This document shows, piece after piece, positions 21,787 through 30,458 of a stretch of DNA of 64,000 nucleotides. The DNA comes from Alphaproteobacteria bacterium. GTDB taxonomy: Bacteria; Pseudomonadota; Alphaproteobacteria; 16-39-46; JABJFC01. Under the pieces are notes generated by a model. That model was not told the origin of the DNA, ran no database searches, and saw nothing but the letters and a program-made list of their open reading frames with translations. The stretch spans positions 19,194 to 83,193 of the forward strand of contig JABJFC010000057.1 of NCBI GenBank assembly GCA_018662925.1, in the 5' to 3' direction. How positions within the stretch are numbered: the first letter of the stretch is position 1; each line of letters starts with the position of its first letter. The position numbers were made by a program, and so were the translations under genes.

Positions 21787-23322
21787 CTATGCACTTTCTC
21801 TAATGGCTTTTTGAGCAACAAGCTGATCTTCAAATGGAAGAATTTTATCCATCACTATTTGGCCCTTCTCATGACCTTTTCCAGCAATGACCAAAGTGTC
21901 CTTCTGCTCAAGTCCTTGAATCGCTTCATAGATGGCCTCAGCTCGGTCTCCTATGTCAAGGGCTTTGGGACATTTTTCGATGATTTGTTGACGGATTTTC
22001 TCAGGATTCTCGGTTCTAGGATTATCATCTGTTACAATAACCCGATCTGCACAAAGTTGAGCAACGGACCCCATGAGAGGACGTTTCCCAGGATCACGAT
22101 CGCCACCACATCCAAAAACCACGGCAAGTTTTCCATCGGTATGGGGACGTAGTGTCTTCAAAAGCATCTCTAGGGCTTCGGGTGTATGGGCAAAATCTAC
22201 ATATACTTTGCTTCCCTTCTCAGTATGCCCCACAAACTCAAGTCGGCCGATGGGAGCCTTCAAATGTTTGATAGATTGAATTGCTTTTTCAAGGAGGACC
22301 TGATCCTGATGGGTTCCATACAAGATGGCAAGAGCGCACATGAGATTCATGGCTTGGAACTCTCCAATAAAAGGCAAGATGATCTCATGGGTTTTTGAGA
22401 GAATCTCACACCGAATAGCAAGCGTATTGTCAGAAGGTTGTAGGTCAAGAATTCGGAATTCTTTTCCCTGCTTTCCATAGGTCAATACTTTGTGGCCACT
22501 CTGTTCACATAGTTCCTTGAGGGTTTCGAATTCTGGGATGTCTGCATTGAGAACAGCAGTCTTTCCTTTTGGAAGACATTCCGCGAAGAGGCGGCTTTTA
22601 GAGACAAAGTAATCTTCGAAAGTGGCGTGATAGTCCAAGTGATCCCGGCTAATATTTGTGAATGCGGCCACTTCCAACGCCAGGCCATCGGTTCGGTACT
22701 GTTTCAAACCGTGACTAGAGGCCTCGAAAATAAGGTGATCTATCCCTATATTACCCAACTTTTGGACAATTTCGTGGAGGCTAATTGTATCTGGAGTGGT
22801 CAGAGTGCTTTTTGACAAATCAGGGGGGAGGGGAAGGCTGGTTTGGAGACCGATGGTTCCCAGACTTGCACAGCTATAATCCAAGGATTGCCATAGTTGC
22901 TGTACAAACGAAGCAACAGAAGTTTTACCATTGGTACCCGTTACAGCGGCACAGTGTTTGGGCTGCTTTCCATAAAAATTCGCGGCAATCTGGGAGAGGA
23001 TTTTTCGAGGGTCCTCAGAGGTAAAAATAATCTCTGATGATTGGGAAAGTCCCTCTTTTGGTTGCGCTAGAATAGCACTAGCTCCCTTTGACAGCGCTTG
23101 CGGAATAAAGTCTCGGCCATCAACTTGTTCTCCATTGATGGCAACGTAAAGGGCTCCAGGCACCACTTGGCGAGAGTCTGAAACGATACGTGTGATTTCA
23201 AGATCTGCCTTCCCAGTAGCGGGAGAAAGAGAATCTGGCAAGAGATTAATAAGACGCATGACGGAATCCAGTGGAGGGAATATCAATATGGAGCGCATCT
23301 TCAATGGCGGAATCTGACTCAT
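21787..23322 (-). CDS. murE: UDP-MurNAc-tripeptide synthetase MurE (meso-DAP adding)
   Basis: TGTNGKTS P-loop, DNPR motif (TDDNPRTENP) and C-terminal DRAEAI..IAGKGHE characteristic of MurE rather than MurF. Confidence 0.88.
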   Translation of the reverse strand: MSQIPPLKMRSILIFPPLDSVMRLINLLPDSLSPATGKADLEITRIVSDSRQVVPGALYVAINGEQVDGRDFIPQALSKGASAILAQPKEGLSQSSEIIFTSEDPRKILSQIAANFYGKQPKHCAAVTGTNGKTSVASFVQQLWQSLDYSCASLGTIGLQTSLPLPPDLSKSTLTTPDTISLHEIVQKLGNIGIDHLIFEASSHGLKQYRTDGLALEVAAFTNISRDHLDYHATFEDYFVSKSRLFAECLPKGKTAVLNADIPEFETLKELCEQSGHKVLTYGKQGKEFRILDLQPSDNTLAIRCEILSKTHEIILPFIGEFQAMNLMCALAILYGTHQDQVLLEKAIQSIKHLKAPIGRLEFVGHTEKGSKVYVDFAHTPEALEMLLKTLRPHTDGKLAVVFGCGGDRDPGKRPLMGSVAQLCADRVIVTDDNPRTENPEKIRQQIIEKCPKALDIGDRAEAIYEAIQGLEQKDTLVIAGKGHEKGQIVMDKILPFEDQLVAQKAIRESA

Positions 23323-24973
23323 TTACGGGATTCACCCCAAGGATGGGGGCGATTCTGGCAATAACATTGGCGCCCAGAGGTGCCGCTGTCCAGCCACCGC
23401 CGGTATATCCGAATGTCTCTGCTGATCCTTGAGGGCGGTCGAGCATCGTGAGGACCACATATTTAGGATCATGCATTGGAAAAGCGCCAACAAACGAGGA
23501 TAAGGTTTCTTTTGTGTTATACGTTTTACCGTCAGTTCTGTTGGCTGTGCCGGTTTTGCCTCCAACAACGTAGCCATCAACGTTTGCTTTTCGAGAGGTG
23601 CCGTCAGTTACGGCAAGTCTTAATAGTTGGCGCATTTGATGGGAAGTCTTTCTTGAAATAATCCGTTTTCCTTCTGGGGTTTCCGCTCTCTTAAGGAGAG
23701 TAGGTTCTACCATAATGCCATCATTTACAACACTTCCTACGCCCATTGCAAGCTGAAGGGGGCTAATAGAAAGGCCATACCCATAAGAAATGGTCATCAT
23801 ATTTATATCTCGCCATTGTTTTGGCGTGAGAGGGGCCCCAACTTCAGGAATTTCTACGCTGACTGGCTTCAAGAGTCCGAACTTATCCAGATAGGCAATA
23901 TGTCCTTCTGTTCCGACGTCCTGGGCCATTCTAACCATGCCAATATTTGAAGAATACTGAAAGATCTCGGGAACGGAGAGCCAACGGTTTTTTCCCCGAA
24001 AGTCGTTGATACTAAACTTAGCAACACGAATGGGATTGGAGGCATCGTACCCATCTTGGAAGGTAACCGTTCCTGTTTCTAGCGCCATTGCTGTCGTAAA
24101 TATCTTGATGGTAGATCCCATTTCATAAATGCCCAGTGTATTGGCATTAAAGCGCTCTTCCGACTTGGCCTTTTGCGGCATATGAGGGTCAAAATTTGGT
24201 TGGGAGACCATGGCCAAAATCTCTCCAGACTTTGCGTCTAGAACAAGGACACAACCGCCTTTTGCTTTAAAGTGTTCGATGGTTTTTGTCAGCTCATCAT
24301 TGACAGCATGTTGAACACTGAGATCTATTGAAAGTTGGACGTTATTTTTAGATAAGTCTACGTCGAAACCATATTCTATTCCTGCAATGCCCCTGTTATC
24401 TACGTCTGTAAATCCAAGAACGTGAGAAACGAGGCGTCCGTGAGGGTATACCCGCTTTTCTTCTCGATGGAAATGAAGTCCAGGAAGTCCCATGTGGTGG
24501 ACCAGGGCTTGCTGCTGGGGGGTGAGATTTCGGGCAATCCAGACGAAGTTTTTGTCAGAGGATAGTTTTTTCAAAAGGTCCTTTTGATCCAGTTGGGGAA
24601 ATATTTTAGTCAACTTTTCAAAAGCGTCTGTTGTGTCTAAGATTATTTTAGGGTTGGCGTACAAGGAGGCAGTGATGAGATTTGTGGCCAGAGTCTTTCC
24701 ATTTCGATCGAGAATGTTGAATCGAGCAACGCTGTGGCTTGAATGGGAGAGGAAATCGGAAATGCCTGGTTCATCCTGCCCTCGCAAGAGGGTCACATCA
24801 ATGAGCCTGTAAGAAACTGTCAAAAAGCCAATGGCAAAAAACAGACTCACCATTAGGAGTCTATTCCGGGCCATTTCCAACCCTTTAAAGAGGGAACCTA
24901 CAAATTCTAGGTTCTGTTTTTTAGAAAGGTCTACCGAGGAGTTTTTTTTCGGGTTATTGGGGAGATATATCAT
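23246..24973 (-). CDS. ftsI: Peptidoglycan D,D-transpeptidase FtsI (PBP3)
   Basis: N-terminal TM, transpeptidase SxxK (STIK), SSN, KTG(T) motifs; synteny. Confidence 0.9.
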   Translation of the reverse strand: MIYLPNNPKKNSSVDLSKKQNLEFVGSLFKGLEMARNRLLMVSLFFAIGFLTVSYRLIDVTLLRGQDEPGISDFLSHSSHSVARFNILDRNGKTLATNLITASLYANPKIILDTTDAFEKLTKIFPQLDQKDLLKKLSSDKNFVWIARNLTPQQQALVHHMGLPGLHFHREEKRVYPHGRLVSHVLGFTDVDNRGIAGIEYGFDVDLSKNNVQLSIDLSVQHAVNDELTKTIEHFKAKGGCVLVLDAKSGEILAMVSQPNFDPHMPQKAKSEERFNANTLGIYEMGSTIKIFTTAMALETGTVTFQDGYDASNPIRVAKFSINDFRGKNRWLSVPEIFQYSSNIGMVRMAQDVGTEGHIAYLDKFGLLKPVSVEIPEVGAPLTPKQWRDINMMTISYGYGLSISPLQLAMGVGSVVNDGIMVEPTLLKRAETPEGKRIISRKTSHQMRQLLRLAVTDGTSRKANVDGYVVGGKTGTANRTDGKTYNTKETLSSFVGAFPMHDPKYVVLTMLDRPQGSAETFGYTGGGWTAAPLGANVIARIAPILGVNPVNESDSAIEDALHIDIPSTGFRHASY

Positions 24974-24984
24974 ATGTTTGGTAT

Positions 24985-25338
24985 TTAATGTGTTGAATAG
25001 TTTGAAAGCATCAGGCGTGATGTGGGCTTTGTTGGGGGATTTTCGGGTTCAAATGAAGGATCGTTGACCCTATAGGGCAATCGGTTGAAGGCGAATATTT
25101 GGTTACTGGAAATAGGTTTAAGTTTCAAAAGTTGCTGCGATAATTTTTGGAGAGTGGAAGGATCATTGAGATGGCTCCATTCAGCTTCCAAAATGTGGAT
25201 AGTTTCTTCGTTCTTGAAGATTTGTTTGTGAACCGTTATGAGTTCTTGCTCAAGCTCGAGCACTCGGTACTTAATATGAAACAGAGCAACGCTTATGCAA
25301 ATTGTGAAAGCAATGAAAATGAGGGTAGAACGTCTCAT
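24985..25338 (-). CDS. ftsL: Cell division protein FtsL
   Basis: 117 aa, single TM plus coiled-coil, between rsmH and ftsI. Confidence 0.7.
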   Translation of the reverse strand: MRRSTLIFIAFTICISVALFHIKYRVLELEQELITVHKQIFKNEETIHILEAEWSHLNDPSTLQKLSQQLLKLKPISSNQIFAFNRLPYRVNDPSFEPENPPTKPTSRLMLSNYSTH

Positions 25339-26309
25339 GGCATCGTCCTACTTTGCGAAGGGAAAATCCGTTCAGCCACCCGAAGGCGCGCTGAACGGGA
25401 TCTGGGATTTTGGGAGATCTCAGACTGGGAAGGGGTAATGGCTTTGCGTGTAAGAAGCTTAAAGGTTTTATGCCCTTCTTCGGCTTCAGGCACATAACGG
25501 GAGAGCCCTTTATGTTCACTTCGATTCTTTAAAAAATGCTTTACGCATCGATCTTCAATGGAATGAAAAGAGACCACAGCAAGTTTTCCTCCTGGAGCGA
25601 GGATATTTTCAGCGGATTCAAGAGCCCGCTGGAGCTCTCCCATCTCGTCGTTGATGTATATCCGTATGGCTTGGAATGTCCTGGTCGCAGGGTCAATTTG
25701 GCCCTTTTTAGCTGGAATGATACGACGGACAATCTCAGCCAGTTGTCTCGTGGTGGTAATGGGCGTTTTGGCTCGCTCTCTTACGATGGCCCGCGCAATG
25801 GGGCGAGATTTCCGTTCATCTCCAAACTTATAGAGTATGTCCGCAATTTCTGTCTCTCCCAAAGTGGCCAAAGCGTCCGCGGCCGTTTCTGAAGATTCGC
25901 CCATGCGCATGTCTAAGGGACCATCCTTTTGAAAGGAAAAGCCTCGCTCAGCCTCATCAATTTGGAAGGAAGAGACGCCCAGATCTAAAGCGATGCCATT
26001 TATTTCTTTGGCGCCGTTTTCCTTGAGGAGCTGCTCCATATCGCCAAACTTTCCTAACAGAAACTTGAATCGCTGAGGAAACTCTTTTTTTAGGGAGGCA
26101 GATCGTTTGATGGCATCTTTGTCGCGATCTATGGCCCAAACAGTGCACTTGGCGGCGTTGAGTATGGAGCGACTATAGGAACCAGCGCCGAAGGTTCCGT
26201 CTACGTAGGTCTTCCCGTCCTCTGGGGCAATGGACTCTATAATCTCGTTGAGGAGGACGGGAATGTGCTGGGAGGCACATTGGGAAGGAGAAAAGGGAGG
26301 AGGGCTCAT
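25335..26309 (-). CDS. rsmH: 16S rRNA (cytosine1402-N4)-methyltransferase RsmH/MraW
   Basis: SAM-binding DGTFGAGSYS motif, 324 aa, synteny. Confidence 0.93.
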   Translation of the reverse strand: MSPPPFSPSQCASQHIPVLLNEIIESIAPEDGKTYVDGTFGAGSYSRSILNAAKCTVWAIDRDKDAIKRSASLKKEFPQRFKFLLGKFGDMEQLLKENGAKEINGIALDLGVSSFQIDEAERGFSFQKDGPLDMRMGESSETAADALATLGETEIADILYKFGDERKSRPIARAIVRERAKTPITTTRQLAEIVRRIIPAKKGQIDPATRTFQAIRIYINDEMGELQRALESAENILAPGGKLAVVSFHSIEDRCVKHFLKNRSEHKGLSRYVPEAEEGHKTFKLLTRKAITPSQSEISQNPRSRSARLRVAERIFPSQSRTMP

Positions 26310-26782
26310 CGGGCACCCTCCTCAGGGGAAGAAGTATCAGTTAATTTGAGTGTTGCCTTCTTTTCGTGGATACGTTTACGAGCCTCACTCTGATGTTTTT
26401 GGAAGATTTCTGGCGACCATATCTGAAAAGTAGCTCCGCGACCCACGAATGCAGCATGGGATTCGATTTGAGCATGGGCCAAAAGTTCTTGTGGGAGCAT
26501 GATGCGCCCCTCACTGTCGAAGGGCAATTGATGGGAGTCAGCAAATATCGTGGAAGCAAAGTCATCTTGAGTCTCCGAAAATAAGTCGAGTCGATCAACG
26601 CTCTGAGAGAGTTGCGTCATACGATCGATCCCGCAGGCTTCAATTGAGGGAGATTTATAAGAACGAAAGGCAACAATCCCGAGGAATGGTTGTCCCGCAA
26701 GGGCCGTCCGAAAGGTAACAGGTACCGATACTCGACCTTTCTTGTCGATCTTATTTGTAAATGTGGAGAGAAATAGGGCCAT
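26306..26782 (-). CDS. mraZ: Transcriptional regulator MraZ
   Basis: 158 aa, duplicated MraZ/SpoVT-AbrB-like halves (DxxxR motifs), first gene of dcw block. Confidence 0.93.
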   Translation of the reverse strand: MALFLSTFTNKIDKKGRVSVPVTFRTALAGQPFLGIVAFRSYKSPSIEACGIDRMTQLSQSVDRLDLFSETQDDFASTIFADSHQLPFDSEGRIMLPQELLAHAQIESHAAFVGRGATFQIWSPEIFQKHQSEARKRIHEKKATLKLTDTSSPEEGAR

Positions 26783-26844
26783 TTATACGTATCCCATACC
26801 TTTCAACATTACTCCCTACACACTGACCACAAACCACACTATTA

Positions 26845-26879
26845 TGGGATAGCATGGGATTCTATGGGAGTCAATGGGA
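26845..26879. promoter_or_regulatory. Four TGGGA boxes at exact 10-bp phasing (ATGGGAtagcATGGGAttctATGGGAgtcaATGGGA) 60-100 bp upstream of mraZ - candidate MraZ operator / Pmra
   Basis: read directly; TGGGA at 26845, 26855, 26865, 26875; E. coli MraZ is known to bind phased TGGGN direct repeats in its own promoter. Confidence 0.5.
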
Positions 26880-27123
26880 AAATAGCATTTCCAGGTGGGA
26901 TTATAGCCTACTTTGACGGGCTAGTGCTTTTAAATCACTGTGGATAAAGGCAAAAAAGAATTCGGCAGGCGAATATGTTTTTTCGCCCTCCATAATTTCA
27001 GCCAAGAGGAAAGCTTTAGATCCATCGTGACGGGCACACACTGGATGCATCGTGAGGGGAAGGCTCTGGATGCAATCATATACTGCGTTATCCGGCCCAT
27101 ACTGCGTTATCCGGTCCAAAATT

Positions 27124-27375
27124 CGTCTTCCCGGCCATTAGGAATTCTTAGCAAGCCGAAGGCGCGCTTTAGAATTTCTTATGAGCGCGGGATCCAGGGG
27201 CCGGGAGTAAGAGCTTTGAGATCAAATCCATATTATTGGGCACTTTTGGCACACTGATCTCTGGTTACTAATCCCTGAAAGCTGGATACCGAGATACCAA
27301 CTCACTCTAAGACTTGCCGGCTTAAGACGCCGGCTCGCCAAGAGTTCGTAGGTTCCGGCATGACGGCTATTTAAT
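27124..27375. repeat. Dispersed repeat family, composite copy: module X (27124-27196, …ccgtcttcccggccattaggaatt…cttatgagcgcgggatcc, with internal hairpin) plus module Y (27289-27375, …ataccaactcactctaag…ccggcttaagacgccgg…ggttccggcatgacgg)
   Basis: aligns with 55430-55620 (both modules, swapped order), 9517-9575 (Y), 46349-46385 (partial Y, inverted), 63186-63210 (X tail). Confidence 0.7.
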
Positions 27376-27455
27376 TCGTTCCCTTAAAATAGTTGCCCAC
27401 CCTATCCTTCCTCTTAAATGCCTGATACTGTCTCAAAAAAAAAGAGGGTGGCAAG

Positions 27456-28355
27456 GTGGAAGCTAAACAATCCAAGATAATTCATTTCATTATTTTTTTG
27501 TCTCTATTTCAGGCCTTATTATTGGCACAGGCCCCAATTTGTAAAGCATCCATCTGTGAAGAGCTTCGTTCGGAAGTGGATATTGACTTGGAACAGGCAG
27601 AGGTACTTTACACGAAAGAAAATGGGTATGTGGTATTAAAGGAGGGTCCTTATTATGCTTTATCCTTTAATGGAGGAGAGGATGTGCAGGGAACAAAAGA
27701 TCCTTCAGACGTTACTGAGTTGCCGCTTTTGTTTGCACGCTTGATGTCTATGGGGGTTTTGTATCCCAAGCATATCAAAAGAGTTCTTATGGTGGGTTTG
27801 GGGACAGGTATGTTGAGCAGTTACTTGCACCACTATTTCCCCGAGGCACACATTACCTGTGTTGATCACAATCCATTGGTTATTGAGGCGGCCAAGGCAT
27901 ATTTTGGGGTGCCAGATACAAGTCGGCATAAACTCGTTCTTGCGGATGGATTGACGTTTTTGAAAGACACCCAAGAAAAGTATGATCTAATCTTCTCTGA
28001 TGCTTACATGGAATTTATTCCAACCCATATGGCAACTGCTTCCTTTTATGCACTCGCTAAGGAGAAGTTGGCACCAAACGGTGCCTTGGTCCAAAATGCT
28101 ATTCCCTCCAAGCATCTCAATATTCAGCAAGTGCGGGAGAAGCTGAGTCAAAGTTTTGCACATGTGGATACGTACAATGAAGATGTGGCAGGAAATGCCC
28201 TGCTAGGAGAGGATGAAGAAGGGGATAATACAATTCTCATTGCTTATAACGGTCCCAAAATATCCAATAAAAGTTTCAAAAAGAGAGCAATAAGGCTTCA
28301 AAAGCAACATGGATTTCGTTATGGTCTGAGAGAGTTGTTGAAATGTTGGATGTAG
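27456..28355 (+). CDS. Secreted spermidine-synthase (polyamine aminopropyltransferase, PABS)-like protein, paralog 1
   Basis: GTG start with RBS; N-terminal signal peptide; PABS-like N-domain then Rossmann core VLMVGLGTGMLSSYL…ITCVDHNPLVIEAAKAYFG…YDLIFSDAY…NGALVQN. Confidence 0.6.
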   Translation: MEAKQSKIIHFIIFLSLFQALLLAQAPICKASICEELRSEVDIDLEQAEVLYTKENGYVVLKEGPYYALSFNGGEDVQGTKDPSDVTELPLLFARLMSMGVLYPKHIKRVLMVGLGTGMLSSYLHHYFPEAHITCVDHNPLVIEAAKAYFGVPDTSRHKLVLADGLTFLKDTQEKYDLIFSDAYMEFIPTHMATASFYALAKEKLAPNGALVQNAIPSKHLNIQQVREKLSQSFAHVDTYNEDVAGNALLGEDEEGDNTILIAYNGPKISNKSFKKRAIRLQKQHGFRYGLRELLKCWM

Positions 28356-29288
28356 GTGGGAGAAGCATTTTTACGGAGATGTTATTGTAGAGGGGCAAAG
28401 GTGAAATTGAGAAGAACTAAACTTTTCTTTGCAGGGGTTATTATTTTTCTAGGTTGTCATGGGAGTGTCCAGGGACAGTTTGATAAAACTCTTTGTAAGA
28501 AACAAAGTAAGGAACTACACTTTGATATTAAAACGCAGGATTCTTTGAGTGGAGATAGGTCAGGAAAAAGCTCTTTTTCGGTTTCAAAAAAAGGAAAATA
28601 TATAAATTTTTCTTTTGGTGATAATGTCCAGCGAATAAGAAATTCAGAGGATCCCACAGAACTATCACAATTTTCGGCTCGTTTGATGACGCTAGGCCTT
28701 TTATATCCAAAAAAATTAGAAAAGATTCTTTTTATCGGTTTAGGAAGTGGGCAAATAAATTCCTACCTTCATCAATTCGCTCCAGAGATAGAGATAACCT
28801 GTTTAGAGGTTAAATCTGAGGTCGTTAAGGCTGTGGAGAATTATTTTGGTTTGTCTCCGGATCAGAAAATCGTGACCGAGGATGTGTGGGAACACCTCCA
28901 AAATACGAAAGAAAGATACGATATTATAATTTTGGATTTTGACGTAATATCTTCCCTAGGCAAACATTCCGGTGATCTGTCTCTATATAGGCTGATACGA
29001 AGTAAATTGGTAACCGGCGGTGTTTTTGTTGGAAATTTTCTCACAAAAATTGATCGTTCTCCCAGTGACATACGAGAAGTCCTTTTGAAGGTTTTCGATC
29101 ATGTTGATGGATTCAATGTACGGGAAGAGCCTAGTAAATTTGAGGAACAAAGAAGTGATGATGCAATTTTAATTTCATACAACGGCCCTCCTAAAACAGA
29201 AGAAATACTTTTAAAGCGAACGTTGGGTCTTCAAAAAAAATATAACTTCCGATACAATATCAGTGAACTTTTTTTGTGTTGGTACTAA
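28356..29288 (+). CDS. Secreted PABS-like protein, paralog 2 (start uncertain: GTG 28356 / GTG 28401 / TTG 28407)
   Basis: ILFIGLGSGQINSYL…ITCLEVKSEVVKAVENYFG…YDIIILDFD…GGVFVGN; hydrophobic signal-like N-terminus. Confidence 0.55.
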   Translation: MGEAFLRRCYCRGAKVKLRRTKLFFAGVIIFLGCHGSVQGQFDKTLCKKQSKELHFDIKTQDSLSGDRSGKSSFSVSKKGKYINFSFGDNVQRIRNSEDPTELSQFSARLMTLGLLYPKKLEKILFIGLGSGQINSYLHQFAPEIEITCLEVKSEVVKAVENYFGLSPDQKIVTEDVWEHLQNTKERYDIIILDFDVISSLGKHSGDLSLYRLIRSKLVTGGVFVGNFLTKIDRSPSDIREVLLKVFDHVDGFNVREEPSKFEEQRSDDAILISYNGPPKTEEILLKRTLGLQKKYNFRYNISELFLCWY

Positions 29289-29299
29289 TGAGGTTAATA

Positions 29300-30241
29300 A
29301 TGAAAAATCGCAAAAATGAAGGTGGTTTAGAACGCTATAGCTGCTTTGTTAAGTACTGTTTTATTGTTTTTACTATTGTTACTACTTGTTTTCAGTTGGC
29401 AACAGCATCGGATACTGCAAATCCCTTAGCTTGCTATCAACTTTCAAGCCAACCAAAATTCAATCTGAAGAAGGCTGACGTCATTGATGTAATTCAAGGA
29501 AAAGATATTTCGGTATATGTTTTAGAAGTTGGTCCCCATATAGGAATGTCATTCGAGAGAAAACATGATATTCAGTCTATGTATAACCCCTTAGATAGTA
29601 CTGAACTGGCTATGAGTTATGGGCGGATCATGACTCTAGGAGTTCTGTATCCTACGACAAAAGAGATTAAGAAAGTTCTTATGATAGGCCTAGGAGGGGG
29701 TAGAATTACCAGTTACTTGAGTCAGTATATGAAAAACACACATTTCACTGGGGTTGAGCTTAGTCCTGAGGTTATAAAGGTTGCTCAGCAGTATTTTGAC
29801 GTAAAACCTTCAGAAAAAATTAAGATCGTAGAAAGTGAAGGTTGGAAGTTTTTGAAGGGGAGTAAGGAAAAATTTGATTTAATTTTCTTAGACGCATATT
29901 GGAAGGAAATTCTTCCTGAACATCTTAAAGGTGAAGCGTTTTATAAAGAAGTGAAGAAGCATCTTGTTTCTGGTGGAGCGGTTGTTCAAAATGTATTCAA
30001 TAAAAGGTATTTTTTGTCAGAGGCGGAAGATGTAATGACAAAGCTTTTTGATCATGTGGATATTTTTGAGAGGGGACATAATTTTATTTTAATTGGGTAT
30101 GATGGGCCTCTAAAAACAGAAAGTGAGAAAGTAACACTAGCCGAGACATTGCAGAAAAAATATGACTTTCGATATAACCTTAAGGATTTATTTGAATGTT
30201 TTTTCTACGAAAGTATTCCAGACGCGCCGAGGAAGAACTAG
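29300..30241 (+). CDS. Secreted PABS-like protein, paralog 3 (ORF from 29276; ATG 29300 has GAGG RBS)
   Basis: VLMIGLGGGRITSYL…FTGVELSPEVIKVAQQYF…FDLIFLDAY…GGAVVQN; signal peptide. Confidence 0.6.
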   Translation: MKNRKNEGGLERYSCFVKYCFIVFTIVTTCFQLATASDTANPLACYQLSSQPKFNLKKADVIDVIQGKDISVYVLEVGPHIGMSFERKHDIQSMYNPLDSTELAMSYGRIMTLGVLYPTTKEIKKVLMIGLGGGRITSYLSQYMKNTHFTGVELSPEVIKVAQQYFDVKPSEKIKIVESEGWKFLKGSKEKFDLIFLDAYWKEILPEHLKGEAFYKEVKKHLVSGGAVVQNVFNKRYFLSEAEDVMTKLFDHVDIFERGHNFILIGYDGPLKTESEKVTLAETLQKKYDFRYNLKDLFECFFYESIPDAPRKN

Positions 30242-30458
30242 CAGTTACTATTCATAAAAGTTTTAAAACAAGTCTTTTGGGTTTATTCCATAATGCAAAG
30301 CCAATTTGAGAGTTTTTGCTTTATCTTTCGGAGTTTTCTTTGTATAAATTATATAAAAATTGGTAGTTTCAAGGGAGCTACAGAGTGATCTGTTTTTCGG
30401 TACAAAACTTCTTCCCGTATTTTTTCCGTAAAATAGGGGCTATTCCAAAGATCAATTT

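Noticed and set aside
26901-27257. ORFs 26901-27119 (-) and 26940-27257 (+) between mraZ and the island
   Set aside because: Lie inside the dispersed repeat element / mraZ promoter region; no RBS, no domain
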